The notes under the pieces are model-generated. The model ran no database searches. It saw only the letters and a list, made by a program, of their open reading frames with translations, and was not told the origin of the DNA. This document shows positions 47,812 to 61,555 of a stretch of DNA of 64,000 bases, piece after piece. This DNA is from Escherichia coli (GTDB taxonomy: Bacteria; Pseudomonadota; Gammaproteobacteria; Enterobacterales; Enterobacteriaceae), in the NCBI RefSeq assembly GCF_003334405.1, contig NZ_QOWM01000005.1, one strand, 5' to 3'. The first letter of the stretch is position 1; the number at the start of each line of letters is the position of its first letter. The position numbers and the translations under genes are program-made.

Positions 47812-48015
47812 TACTTTTGTTCGGACTGCTTATGGCCTTTTTCCACTGGTGTAGCAGGAAAGTTAACCGGCTGCCACCATGAGATGACGTGTAAACCGTG
47901 CAGGCATGTTTTCACGTGGTGACGCTTTCATTGGGGGTCTACGCCGGAACCCCAATATTGTTCACATACATGAATTTGAAAAACTAAGCGATACTGCTGT
48001 CCGTACCTTATAAAC

Positions 48016-49374
48016 TTATTTCAACGCTTCCGGCAGCGTCACAATCCACAGTTCACTGTCAGACTCCGGTTTCTCCAGTGGCTTCACTCTGAGGGTCGTT
48101 TCAACCTGCTTGTCGTCAAGCGTCAGCTTTCCTTCCGCGTTCACCCGATAATCCTTGAATGTCTTGCCCTCGACCGGATGTTGCATCGCCACCTTCACGC
48201 CAAAGTCGTTATCGTTCGCCACCGCCAGCGTTTTGCTGTCGATCAGCGCCAACCCTTCAGCCTTCTCCTGCTGCCAGCCCAAGGAGCGCAGATCAACAAC
48301 CTGCGTTTTCTGCGCAAGGGTAATGCCGCGCTGTGACAGGGTTTTCTCATCATCAAACTCCGGATACTCACCCGGCTTGTCGAAGCCTGACAGGTCGCTC
48401 GCCTTATTGAGATCGACCTCGTAAATCAGGTTACGCATTCTGTTGTTTTTATCTCTTCCCTGTTCGATCAGCAGGATGTGCTGGTTATCGAGCGCCACGA
48501 TGTCTCCGATTTTAGCGTCGCTGTTTTTGCTGTAGGCCGCGCTGTCGATAGGATAACCGTACATCGCGGTTTTTCCGCTTGCCGGATCGAAGCTCACCAG
48601 ACGCGTAAACAGCGCCTTTTTCTTGCTCTTAGCGTCGATATCCAGCGTACTTTGCACGGCGACAATAATACGCCCGTCCGGCATACGGGTGAGGCCTTCA
48701 AAGCCGCGGTTCGCCTGACGCCATTTGAGGATATTTGGCAAACCGCCCGCAATCGCTTTTTCCCCTTCCGCCGCCTGCGGACCGTGGATTGCCAGGATTT
48801 TCCCTTTACTGTCGATGTTAATCAGGAACGGGCCATACTCATCGCACAGCCAGTAACCTCCTTTACCATCCGGAGTGATCCCTTCCGTATCCAGCCCGCG
48901 ATTATCCCCCTTCAGTCTATGTAACGTGTCGCTGAAGGCCACTTCATTGGTGGAGCCAATCACGTCGCTTGCCAGCGGCAGACCGTTGATCGCGCCTTTA
49001 TCGTCATGCAGAGGACGAGGATCGATGGCCTCCGCTTTGCCGTTTTGTACACGAATCGTCATCAGCAGCGGCGCGAAATCTGGCGTAACGAAAATTTTAG
49101 TTTCGTTTTTCCCCTCTTTCGGTGAATCCGCGTTCGGACCGCGATCGGTAATGGTTGCGAATGTCAGGGCATCGCCCTGTTTACCGGTGAACAGCAGGCC
49201 AGAACCTATCCCAACCGGAAGGCCGTTCGGGAATGCACTGGCAAATGCGCCGGCGTAGTTCACGTGCGTGCCTTCTGGAAAACTGACGACATAGCGCTCA
49301 GCCGTAGGTTGTGCCGCCAGGGCAGAGAAAGAGAGCGTACAACCGATTAGCACGGGAATAATTTTTCTTTTCAT
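48016..49374 (-). CDS. secreted phytase-like (esterase-like-activity-of-phytase family) protein
   Basis: ORF 48016..49389, start at MKRKIIPVLIGCTLSFSALAA signal peptide; repeated beta-propeller-like segments. Confidence 0.45.
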   Translation of the reverse strand: MKRKIIPVLIGCTLSFSALAAQPTAERYVVSFPEGTHVNYAGAFASAFPNGLPVGIGSGLLFTGKQGDALTFATITDRGPNADSPKEGKNETKIFVTPDFAPLLMTIRVQNGKAEAIDPRPLHDDKGAINGLPLASDVIGSTNEVAFSDTLHRLKGDNRGLDTEGITPDGKGGYWLCDEYGPFLINIDSKGKILAIHGPQAAEGEKAIAGGLPNILKWRQANRGFEGLTRMPDGRIIVAVQSTLDIDAKSKKKALFTRLVSFDPASGKTAMYGYPIDSAAYSKNSDAKIGDIVALDNQHILLIEQGRDKNNRMRNLIYEVDLNKASDLSGFDKPGEYPEFDDEKTLSQRGITLAQKTQVVDLRSLGWQQEKAEGLALIDSKTLAVANDNDFGVKVAMQHPVEGKTFKDYRVNAEGKLTLDDKQVETTLRVKPLEKPESDSELWIVTLPEALK

Positions 49375-49637
49375 ATTGTTAGCATCCATAAAGTGAAGAT
49401 CACACTACACCATAAAGAAGAAACGAGTCAGGAAAATGACATCGAATGGCAACATGCGCGGGCCTGAGGCCAAAGAAATGTAAAACACTGTTGTTATTTG
49501 TAACAACGGAAACATTTACGGAAATTATTTGTCTTTCTTCGTGATCAAAAATGCTGTGTCTTGTTGGATTGGAGTGATGAGGGCTGCGTTTAGGAAACGC
49601 CCTATATTGTACGGTTGCATTATCGCGGTAGGGGTAA

Positions 49638-49790
49638 TGCACGTGTCAGTATGATGAGCTGACCACACTCACGTGGGTGGACTGGTATAACAATCGACGA
49701 TTGCTGGAAAGGCAGGGCCATATCCCACCGGCAGAAGCAGAAAAAGCTTATTATGCTTCCATCGGAAACGATGATCTGGCAGCCTGAGTT
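49638..49790 (+). pseudogene. 3' remnant of an IS3-family transposase (integrase-core C-terminus)
   Basis: Frame reads ...WVDWYNNRRLLERQGHIPPAEAEKAYYASIG...stop, the conserved W-x-x-WYN-x-R-R-x-H...PAE transposase tail with no upstream part. Confidence 0.4.
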
Positions 49791-50013
49791 CACAGATAAA
49801 ACACTCTCCAGGAAACCCGGGGCGGTTCACTTAGCCGCGTGTCCATTATTGCTGGATAAGATCAGTCAATAATAGCAGACCAACCACATCATGAGTCATT
49901 CTGACCGACACATGCCAGAAGCAGAGGCTCCATCCCATTTTATACCTACCTTATAACACTTAGAAAAACAACATGTTAAAAATGTCTATTGGAAACAATT
50001 TTATTTCCAATTG

Positions 50014-50032
50014 TAATGATAACCATTCTCAT
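50014..50032. promoter_or_regulatory. Fur box upstream of fecI
   Basis: taatgataaccattctcat versus Fur consensus GATAATGATAATCATTATC. Confidence 0.6.
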
Positions 50033-50074
50033 ATTAATATGACTACGTGATAATTAACTTTTGATGCACTCCGC

Positions 50075-50592
50075 ATGTCTGACCGCGCCACTACCACAGC
50101 TTCCTTAACGTTCGAGTCGCTTTATGGCACACATCACGGCTGGTTGAAAAGCTGGCTGACGCGCAAACTCCAGTCTGCTTTTGATGCAGATGACATTGCC
50201 CAGGACACTTTTTTGCGGGTAATGGTCAGCGAAACGCTCTCGACGATCCGCGATCCTCGCTCCTTCCTCTGCACTATCGCCAAACGCGTGATGGTGGACC
50301 TGTTTCGCCGAAACGCGCTGGAAAAAGCGTATCTGGAGATGCTGGCGCTTATGCCGGAGGGGGGAGCGTCTTCACCTGAGGAACGCGAAAGCCAACTCGA
50401 GACCCTACAACTCCTCGACAGCATGCTGGACGGGCTAAACGGCAAAACACGTGAAGCGTTTCTGCTTTCGCAACTGGATGGTCTGACATACAGCGAGATT
50501 GCGCACAAACTCGGTGTTTCCATCAGCTCCGTGAAAAAATACGTGGCGAAAGCCGTCGAGCACTGCCTGCTGTTCCGTCTGGAGTATGGGTT

Positions 50593-50596
<4 letters not shown>
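50075..50596 (+). CDS. fecI: ECF sigma factor for ferric citrate transport
   Basis: 173 aa, recognisable FecI. Confidence 0.9.
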
Positions 50597-53957
<3,361 letters not shown>

Positions 53958-54001
53958 TGTGTTAACGCCCGGCTTGCCGGGCTTTTAGCTGGAATGTGAT
54001 T

Positions 54002-54904
54002 ATGTTGGCATTTATCCGTTTTGTTTTTGCAGGCCTGCTGCTGGTGATCAGCCACGCCTTTGCCGCCACGGTTCAGGACGAACACGGCACGTTTACACTC
54101 GAAAAAACGCCACAACGGATTGTGGTGCTGGAACTCTCGTTCGCCGATGCGCTGGCCGCCGTGGACGTCAGCCCGATCGGTATTGCCGACGATAACGATG
54201 CAAAACGCATCCTGCCCGAAGTGCGTGCGCACCTGAAACCGTGGCAGTCCGTCGGAACGCGCGCGCAGCCGAGCCTGGAAGCCATTGCCGCTCTGAAACC
54301 AGACCTGATCATTGCCGACAGCAGTCGCCATGCGGGGGTTTACATCGCCTTGCAGCAAATCGCGCCGGTACTGCTGCTTAAGTCCCGCAACGAAACCTAC
54401 GCTGAAAATTTGCAATCTGCGGCTATCATCGGCGAAATGGTGGGTAAAAAGCGAGAGATGCAGGCACGCCTGGAACAACATAAAGAGAGGATGGCGCAGT
54501 GGGCCAGCCAGCTTCCCAAAGGGACACGCGTGGCCTTTGGCACATCACGCGAACAGCAATTCAACCTGCATACTCAGGAGACCTGGACCGGCAGCGTGCT
54601 GGCCTCTCTGGGGCTGAACGTTCCCGCTGCGATGGCGGGTGCGTCCATGCCGTCCATCGGCCTGGAGCAACTGCTGGCGGTCAATCCTGCCTGGCTGCTG
54701 GTTGCCCACTATCGCGAAGAGAGCATTGTTAAACGCTGGCAACAAGATCCGCTCTGGCAGATGTTAACCGCCGCGCAGAAGCAGCAGGTTGCTTCGGTCG
54801 ACAGTAACACCTGGGCGCGGATGCGCGGTATTTTTGCTGCAGAGCGTATTGCCGCTGACACGGTAAAAATCTTCCACCATCAGCCGCTTACCGTTGTGAA
54901 ATGA
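54002..54904 (+). CDS. fecB: periplasmic ferric citrate-binding protein
   Basis: ORF 53996..54904, start at MLAFIRF for 300 aa. Confidence 0.9.
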   Translation: MLAFIRFVFAGLLLVISHAFAATVQDEHGTFTLEKTPQRIVVLELSFADALAAVDVSPIGIADDNDAKRILPEVRAHLKPWQSVGTRAQPSLEAIAALKPDLIIADSSRHAGVYIALQQIAPVLLLKSRNETYAENLQSAAIIGEMVGKKREMQARLEQHKERMAQWASQLPKGTRVAFGTSREQQFNLHTQETWTGSVLASLGLNVPAAMAGASMPSIGLEQLLAVNPAWLLVAHYREESIVKRWQQDPLWQMLTAAQKQQVASVDSNTWARMRGIFAAERIAADTVKIFHHQPLTVVK

Positions 54905-55899
54905 CCGCGATAAAACACCCGGTGCTGCTGTGGGGGCTTCCCGTTGCAGCACTTATTATTATTTTCTGGCTGAGTCTGTTTTGCTACTCGGCCATTCCTG
55001 TTTCCGGAGCAGATGCAACCCGCGCCCTGCTGCCTGGACACACGCCAACGCTACCAGAAGCGCTGGTGCAAAACCTTCGTTTGCCACGAAGCCTGGTCGC
55101 CGTTCTGATCGGCGCAAGCCTGGCGCTCGCGGGCACGCTGCTGCAAACCCTGACCCACAACCCAATGGCCTCTCCTTCACTGCTCGGCATTAACAGCGGC
55201 GCGGCGCTGGCTATGGCGCTTACCAGCGCGCTGAGTCCGACGCCGATTGCAGGCTATTCTCTGTCGTTCATCGCGGCATGCGGGGGCGGCGTGAGCTGGC
55301 TGCTGGTCATGACCGCAGGAGGCGGATTTCGTCATACCCATGACAGAAACAAACTGATCCTCGCGGGTATCGCGCTGTCGGCCTTTTGTATGGGCCTTAC
55401 CCGCATCACCCTGCTGCTGGCCGAAGATCATGCTTACGGCATCTTTTACTGGCTGGCAGGCGGAGTGTCCCACGCCCGCTGGCAGGATGTCTGGCAGCTC
55501 TTGCCGGTGGTGGTCACTGCAGTCCCTGTCGTGTTGCTGCTGGCGAATCAACTGAACCTGCTCAACCTCAGCGACAGCACCGCCCATACGCTGGGAGTGA
55601 ACCTGACGAGGCTACGTTTGGTCATCAATATGTTAGTGCTGCTTCTGGTTGGTGCGTGCGTCAGCGTGGCAGGTCCGGTGGCGTTTATCGGTCTGCTGGT
55701 GCCACATCTGGCGCGCTTCTGGGCAGGCTTCGATCAGCGCAACGTACTGCCAGTGAGCATGCTGCTGGGGGCCACGCTGATGCTGCTGGCAGATGTACTC
55801 GCACGCGCGCTGGCCTTCCCCGGAGATCTGCCCGCAGGCGCAGTGCTGGCGCTGATTGGCAGCCCTTGCTTTGTCTGGCTTGTGAGGAGGCGAGGATGA
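54901..55899 (+). CDS. fecC: ferric citrate ABC permease
   Basis: 332 aa FecCD-family permease. Confidence 0.9.
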   Translation: MTAIKHPVLLWGLPVAALIIIFWLSLFCYSAIPVSGADATRALLPGHTPTLPEALVQNLRLPRSLVAVLIGASLALAGTLLQTLTHNPMASPSLLGINSGAALAMALTSALSPTPIAGYSLSFIAACGGGVSWLLVMTAGGGFRHTHDRNKLILAGIALSAFCMGLTRITLLLAEDHAYGIFYWLAGGVSHARWQDVWQLLPVVVTAVPVVLLLANQLNLLNLSDSTAHTLGVNLTRLRLVINMLVLLLVGACVSVAGPVAFIGLLVPHLARFWAGFDQRNVLPVSMLLGATLMLLADVLARALAFPGDLPAGAVLALIGSPCFVWLVRRRG

Positions 55900-56852
55900 A
55901 AATTGCGCTGGTTATTTTCATCACCCTTGCCCTGGCGGGCTGTGCGCTGTTATCACTCCATATGGGAGTGATCCCCGTGCCGTGGCGCGCGCTGCTGACC
56001 GACTGGCAGGCCGGACGCGAGCATTATTATGTATTGATGGAGTACCGACTGCCGCGCTTGCTGCTGGCACTGTTTGTCGGTGCAGCCCTCGCCGTGGCGG
56101 GCGTGCTGATACAGGGGATTGTGCGCAACCCTCTGGCATCACCGGATATTCTCGGCGTTAACCATGCCGCCAGCCTGGCCTCTGTGGGGGCTCTACTTCT
56201 TATGCCGTCACTGCCCGTGATGGTGCTGCCGCTGCTGGCCTTTGCGGGCGGCATGGCGGGGTTGATATTGCTGAAGATGCTGGCAAAGACCCACCAGCCG
56301 ATGAAGCTGGCGCTCACCGGCGTGGCGCTTTCTGCATGCTGGGCCAGCCTGACGGATTATCTGATGCTCTCGCGCCCGCAGGATGTGAACAACGCCCTGC
56401 TGTGGCTGACCGGCAGCTTATGGGGCCGTGACTGGAGCTTTGTGAAGATTGCCATCCCGCTGATGATTTTATTTCTGCCGCTGAGCCTGAGTTTTTGCCG
56501 CGATCTCGACCTCCTTGCACTCGGCGATGCGCGCGCCACCACGCTCGGTGTGTCGGTGCCCCATACCCGATTCTGGGCTTTGTTACTAGCTGTCGCCATG
56601 ACATCTACCGGCGTGGCCGCCTGCGGCCCGATTAGCTTTATTGGTCTCGTGGTGCCGCATATGATGCGTAGCATCACCGGTGGACGTCACCGCAGACTGC
56701 TGCCTGTTTCAGCCCTGACAGGTGCGTTGCTGTTGGTGGTTGCCGATCTGCTGGCGAGAATTATTCATCCCCCACTGGAGCTCCCGGTTGGCGTGCTGAC
56801 CGCCATTATCGGTGCGCCGTGGTTTGTCTGGTTGCTTGTGAGAATGCGATAA
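55896..56852 (+). CDS. fecD: ferric citrate ABC permease
   Basis: ORF 55386..56852 trimmed to MKIALVIFITLALAG for 318 aa, ATGA overlap with fecC. Confidence 0.85.
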   Translation: MKIALVIFITLALAGCALLSLHMGVIPVPWRALLTDWQAGREHYYVLMEYRLPRLLLALFVGAALAVAGVLIQGIVRNPLASPDILGVNHAASLASVGALLLMPSLPVMVLPLLAFAGGMAGLILLKMLAKTHQPMKLALTGVALSACWASLTDYLMLSRPQDVNNALLWLTGSLWGRDWSFVKIAIPLMILFLPLSLSFCRDLDLLALGDARATTLGVSVPHTRFWALLLAVAMTSTGVAACGPISFIGLVVPHMMRSITGGRHRRLLPVSALTGALLLVVADLLARIIHPPLELPVGVLTAIIGAPWFVWLLVRMR

Positions 56853-57620
56853 ATGACTTTACGAACTGAAAATCTGACGGTCAGTTACGGGACAGACAAG
56901 GTACTTAACGACGTTTCACTCTCACTGCCAACGGGGAAGATCACCGCCCTGATCGGTCCTAACGGTTGCGGGAAATCGACGCTGTTAAACTGTTTTTCGC
57001 GGCTTTTAATGCCGCAGTCTGGCACCGTATTTCTCGGCGATAATCCCATAAATATGCTCTCATCGCGCCAGTTGGCCCGCAGGCTTTCGCTGCTGCCTCA
57101 GCACCATTTAACGCCAGAGGGGATCACAGTCCAAGAGCTGGTTTCGTATGGTCGTAATCCCTGGCTGTCACTCTGGGGGCGTCTCTCCGCTGAAGACAAT
57201 GCACGAGTTAATGTCGCCATGAACCAGACCCGGATCAATCATCTTGCCGGTCGTCGGTTAACCGAGCTTTCCGGCGGTCAGCGCCAGCGCGTATTTCTGG
57301 CGATGGTCCTGGCCCAGAATACGCCCGTTGTATTACTTGATGAGCCAACCACCTATCTTGATATCAATCACCAGGTGGACCTGATGCGGTTGATGGGCGA
57401 ACTCCGGACTCAGGGGAAAACGGTGGTCGCTGTGCTGCACGACCTTAATCAGGCTAGCCGGTACTGCGATCAACTGGTGGTAATGGCAAACGGACATGTT
57501 ATGGCGCAAGGCACACCAGAAGAGGTGATGACCCCAGGATTGCTGAGAACAGTATTCAGCGTGGAAGCGGAAATACACCCCGAGCCGGTATCTGGCAGGC
57601 CGATGTGCCTAATGAGGTAG
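56853..57620 (+). CDS. fecE: ferric citrate ABC ATPase
   Basis: 255 aa; Walker A GPNGCGKST and LSGGQRQR signature. Confidence 0.9.
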   Translation: MTLRTENLTVSYGTDKVLNDVSLSLPTGKITALIGPNGCGKSTLLNCFSRLLMPQSGTVFLGDNPINMLSSRQLARRLSLLPQHHLTPEGITVQELVSYGRNPWLSLWGRLSAEDNARVNVAMNQTRINHLAGRRLTELSGGQRQRVFLAMVLAQNTPVVLLDEPTTYLDINHQVDLMRLMGELRTQGKTVVAVLHDLNQASRYCDQLVVMANGHVMAQGTPEEVMTPGLLRTVFSVEAEIHPEPVSGRPMCLMR

Positions 57621-58177
57621 ATTGCACAGGCCGTAAGAACCAAACCACGACTGAATGAAACTGGACTGGCGCCAGCAAGCCTGTTCAGACTGGGGCTGAA
57701 CTTTTCCGGACTCTGAAAGATTACCAATACTCATCGTCCATCCGCTTGCTTTAGGCTGACAGGTTCATAATCAACGCAAACCAGAGCTGTACAGGCTTGG
57801 GCGCGGCTTTCAAACCAGTCGTGATCACGGCAATCAATTTTGAACTCTGCTTAACGGACATTTCTGTATAACCCTTACGGCAACGAAAAACGCGAAGTTA
57901 AAATTTTAGAAACCCAAAAACGTGACATGACTAAGTTTAGATTTCAGGGGGGGAGATCAAAAAATTTCGCTCTGTGCCAGAGCGGACATTCACGGAGCTG
58001 GTTCATTACCAATGAGGTTGGGCTTTTGAGGATAAATCAATGATCAGACGCCAACGTAAATCAAAAGCAACCCTGGAACGGAATTGCTAATCCAGTTTCT
58101 GACCATCGATTTTTCTAAAAAGTGTGCGTTTGCTACTACTTAGGTAGGTGCAGCTTTCTTAATCACCGGCAGCCACG

Positions 58178-58519
58178 TTATACAGGCCAGTTGATGGATC
58201 GATTGTTATCAATGATATCTTCATGAGTCGGTGTCTCACCCAGCTTACCGAAGCTGGCATAAAGTGAAGGCAGACGGGCCCGTCCTTCTCCCTTTTTCGC
58301 CAGAGGGAAAGCGCGAAGCATGGTGGCAGCCTCCCAGTCACAACAATAGGATGGTGTGCACGGCTGCTGACGCCATGATTCAGCGATAGAGCCGGAAAAT
58401 ACGGGGTCAAAGCCGGTATCATTAACCAGAGTCATCGTGACCTGTACTGCGGCTGGATGATCTCCTGCTACTGCAACTGCTAGGCGACCGCGGCTCCCTT
58501 CAGGTAGTGAAGTGGTCAA
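58178..58519 (-). pseudogene. C-terminal fragment of an NAD(P)-binding oxidoreductase-like gene
   Basis: 113 aa ORF resembling only the C-terminal part of F420/NADP-type oxidoreductases (VAGDHPAAVQVTMTLVNDTGFDPV); no N-terminal Rossmann motif. Confidence 0.3.
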
Positions 58520-58795
58520 CTTAAACTGGCCACCGATTTAGAGTTTTTCCAGTAGCGGTGTTCCGATTCGTTTGGGGGCAACCCGCCGTTATTGTCATGC
58601 GGTCTTAGCGAGCTGTAATACCCGATGATATAGTCTGTGATCGCATGAGCAGCTTCGCTAAAGCTTATGCGTTAGCGCTCTACAGAAGTACAGAGCATGT
58701 CTGCACGGTTGCTCTGGGTTATAGAGCAAAATTGCGGGTATATTGAAAGGTGGTACGCAATTTATTACGTGAAAAAGCTGTAATTTCTAGCCAGT

Positions 58796-58817
58796 GTTAC
58801 GTAAAATATAACGTAAC
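58796..58817. promoter_or_regulatory. palindrome at the dnd promoter, candidate DndB operator
   Basis: GTTACGT-aaaatata-ACGTAAC containing TACG-N10-CGTA, overlapping a TAAAAT -10-like hexamer 21 bp upstream of dndB. Confidence 0.35.
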
Positions 58818-58837
58818 AAAATTCACCTTATGCTTTT

Positions 58838-59935
58838 ATGGATTACAGCATGGCTAGTGTTGATGCAGATTACTGCTACTCGTTTCCGGCTATACGTGGC
58901 ATTCAGGCTGGTCGCCCTTTCTATATCGCCACATGCCCGATGCGTATCATCCCGAAAATATTCAGTTTTGATGAAAATGATGTGCCACCGGAATTACGCG
59001 CACAGCGCACGCTAAATAAATCGCGCATTCCCGAGATGGTACGTTATTTGTTGGAAAACCCTAAAGATTATGTGTTTTCAGCTCTGACGGCTTCCATTGC
59101 CGTAGACGTTCAATTTGATGAGTTTCCAGGTTCTAACAATCTGGGGACGTTGTGCGTACCAATGGATGCGCAAATTCTAATCAATGATGGACAACATCGC
59201 CGTAAAGCGATTGAAGACGCTTTAGACGCTCGTCCGGAGCTGGGCCAGGATAATATCCCGGTGTTGTTCTTTGTCGATGAAGGCTTAAAGCGTAGCCAGC
59301 AGATGTTCGCCGATCTGAATAAATACGCCATTCGCCCCAGCCCATCGCTGGCGTCGCTATACGATCATCGCGATGCCTGTTCGAATCTGGCGCGTTATCT
59401 GGCAATGTCAGTAGAGCCGTTTGTTGGGATGACGGAACTGGAAAAATCTGGCATTAGCCAGAGGTCGAATAAGCTATTTACGTTGAGCAGCATCAAGCAG
59501 GCTACCCGCGCATTGTTGGGCAAAGATCCCAAAGAGGATAACTTTGAGGAATGCACCCACATTGCTACCCAATATTGGCAGGCTATTTTTAGTGTAATGC
59601 CTGATTGGCAATTAGCGGCTAAAAAGGAAGTTTCACCGGTTCAATTGCGACAAGATTATGTTCACGCTCATGGCATTGGATTGCAGGCACTTGGGCAACT
59701 AGGATATACCCTGCTGACGGATTATCCTGAGCAATGGCCGGAGAAAATCGCTGCACTCAAAACATTTAACTGGCGTAGAAACAATCCGGACCTCATCAAG
59801 CGAGCGATGCAGCATGGGAAGTTGAGTAAAACCAGTACCGCGATCCAGTTAACCTGCAATGCGCTAAAAACCGCACTCTCAATTCCCCTCACTCCTGAAG
59901 AACAGGAGCTTGAAGCTCAAATGGTTGTCTCATGA
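58838..59935 (+). CDS. dndB: DndB-like DGQHR-domain protein (regulator of DNA phosphorothioation)
   Basis: 365 aa with exact DGQHR motif (LINDGQHRRKAIEDAL); first gene of a four-gene coupled operon. Confidence 0.8.
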   Translation: MDYSMASVDADYCYSFPAIRGIQAGRPFYIATCPMRIIPKIFSFDENDVPPELRAQRTLNKSRIPEMVRYLLENPKDYVFSALTASIAVDVQFDEFPGSNNLGTLCVPMDAQILINDGQHRRKAIEDALDARPELGQDNIPVLFFVDEGLKRSQQMFADLNKYAIRPSPSLASLYDHRDACSNLARYLAMSVEPFVGMTELEKSGISQRSNKLFTLSSIKQATRALLGKDPKEDNFEECTHIATQYWQAIFSVMPDWQLAAKKEVSPVQLRQDYVHAHGIGLQALGQLGYTLLTDYPEQWPEKIAALKTFNWRRNNPDLIKRAMQHGKLSKTSTAIQLTCNALKTALSIPLTPEEQELEAQMVVS

Positions 59936-61554
59936 GTAAATTAGTTCAGGCCTATGATTTGGCCGAATACGAAGATTTTATTAATCAGGAACAGTTCGCC
60001 GGACGTCCTCTGGCCGAATATGTTGCTGAGGTTCAACGAATTTATTGTGCGGATAAACGTCCGTGGGTGATTGGCTACAGCGGTGGGAAAGATTCTTCCG
60101 CTGTGATCACGCTGGTGTATCTGGCCTTGCTCGGCCTGCCCCCGGAAATGCGCAGCAAAGATATTTTTGTGGTGTCGTCCGATACGCTGGTCGAAACACC
60201 GGTAGTCGTGGATCTGATTAAGAAAACGATGTTGCAGATTGAGGCGGGAGCGAAGCGTAACGGCTTGCCGATCACTCAACACGCGGTAACGCCTAAAACG
60301 AATGAAACCTTCTGGGTCAATTTGCTGGGGAAAGGTTATCCGGCTCCAACTCGTAGTTTCCGTTGGTGCACTGAGCGCATGAAAATCAACCCGGTGAGTG
60401 ACTTTATTAAAGATAAGGTCAGCCAGTTTGATGAAGTCATCGTCGTACTTGGTTCGCGCAGTAGTGAAAGTGCTTCTCGTGCGCAGGTGATCGCAAAGCA
60501 CAAGATTGATGGATCACGCCTTGCCCGGCATACCACGCTGGCAAATGCATTCATCTATACCCCCATTGATACCTGGGATGTAGAAGATGTCTGGAAGCTG
60601 CTGCGGGGCGCGTTCCGCTATGCCCCTGAAGATATCGACGAGTGGGAAAGCCCGTGGGGTGGAAACAACCGTCCACTGTGGACGTTGTATATGGATTCTT
60701 CCGCACAGGGTGAATGTCCTCTGGTAATTGATGATAGTACCCCTTCCTGCGGCAACTCGCGTTTTGGCTGTTGGACCTGTACCGTTGTCACTAAAGATAA
60801 GGCGATGGAAAGCCTGATCAAAAACGGTGAAGAATGGATGTCTCCGTTGCTGAAATATCGTGATCTGCTGGCATTTACCACCGATCCGGTGAATAAAGAC
60901 ACGTTTCGAAACTATAAGCGCCGTACTGGTAAGGTGAGCTATCAGTACGCTAAAGAAAGTGATGAGCCGGGGGCTGAGCGTAAGCATGTTCCAGGTCCTT
61001 ACTGGCTAAAATACCGTCAGCAATGGCTCAAAGAATTGCTGGAGATAGAGCGCGATTTGAATGCTCAAGGCCATACCATTACGTTAATTACCAAACCAGA
61101 GCTGCATGCGATTCGTCAGGAGTGGTTGAAAGATCCTAATGAACCAGACTGGTATGACACGCTGCCGGGTATTTACCGTGAAGTGTATCAACAGGATTTA
61201 GACTGGGTGGTGGACGATCAGTCGCGCTTTGATGCCAGCGATGCAGATCTGTTGGTGCAGATAGCGCAGGGATTTGACGTTGTGCCTGAAATGGTGATGA
61301 AACTCATCGAGCTGGAAGTTTCAATGGAAGGCTTAAGCCGTCGTCAGGGCATTTTTGACAAACTTGGCACGATTTTAAAGCAGGACTGGGGCACTCTCGA
61401 AGAAATTGAACAACAACAGGTCACTCTGCAAAAACGAGTTGAACGAGATATTCATCAGGAAGAACTTACAAAGCTGGAAACTGAACTTCAGGTTTTACAG
61501 CGCAGAATTGTTGATGCCAGTGAATCCTCGTTACTGATTGGGGAGGAGAAATAA
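59932..61554 (+). CDS. dndC: DndC-like PAPS-reductase-fold sulfurtransferase
   Basis: 540 aa; PP-loop SGGKDSS; cysteine cluster CGNSRFGCWTC; ATGA overlap with dndB. Confidence 0.85.
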   Translation: MSKLVQAYDLAEYEDFINQEQFAGRPLAEYVAEVQRIYCADKRPWVIGYSGGKDSSAVITLVYLALLGLPPEMRSKDIFVVSSDTLVETPVVVDLIKKTMLQIEAGAKRNGLPITQHAVTPKTNETFWVNLLGKGYPAPTRSFRWCTERMKINPVSDFIKDKVSQFDEVIVVLGSRSSESASRAQVIAKHKIDGSRLARHTTLANAFIYTPIDTWDVEDVWKLLRGAFRYAPEDIDEWESPWGGNNRPLWTLYMDSSAQGECPLVIDDSTPSCGNSRFGCWTCTVVTKDKAMESLIKNGEEWMSPLLKYRDLLAFTTDPVNKDTFRNYKRRTGKVSYQYAKESDEPGAERKHVPGPYWLKYRQQWLKELLEIERDLNAQGHTITLITKPELHAIRQEWLKDPNEPDWYDTLPGIYREVYQQDLDWVVDDQSRFDASDADLLVQIAQGFDVVPEMVMKLIELEVSMEGLSRRQGIFDKLGTILKQDWGTLEEIEQQQVTLQKRVERDIHQEELTKLETELQVLQRRIVDASESSLLIGEEK

Positions 61555-61555
61555 C

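Noticed and set aside
55386-55895. N-terminal extension of the fecD ORF (488 aa in the ORF track)
   Set aside because: The extension overlaps fecC in another frame and is proline/arginine-rich; the fecD start was placed at MKIALVIF, which gives an ATGA overlap with fecC.
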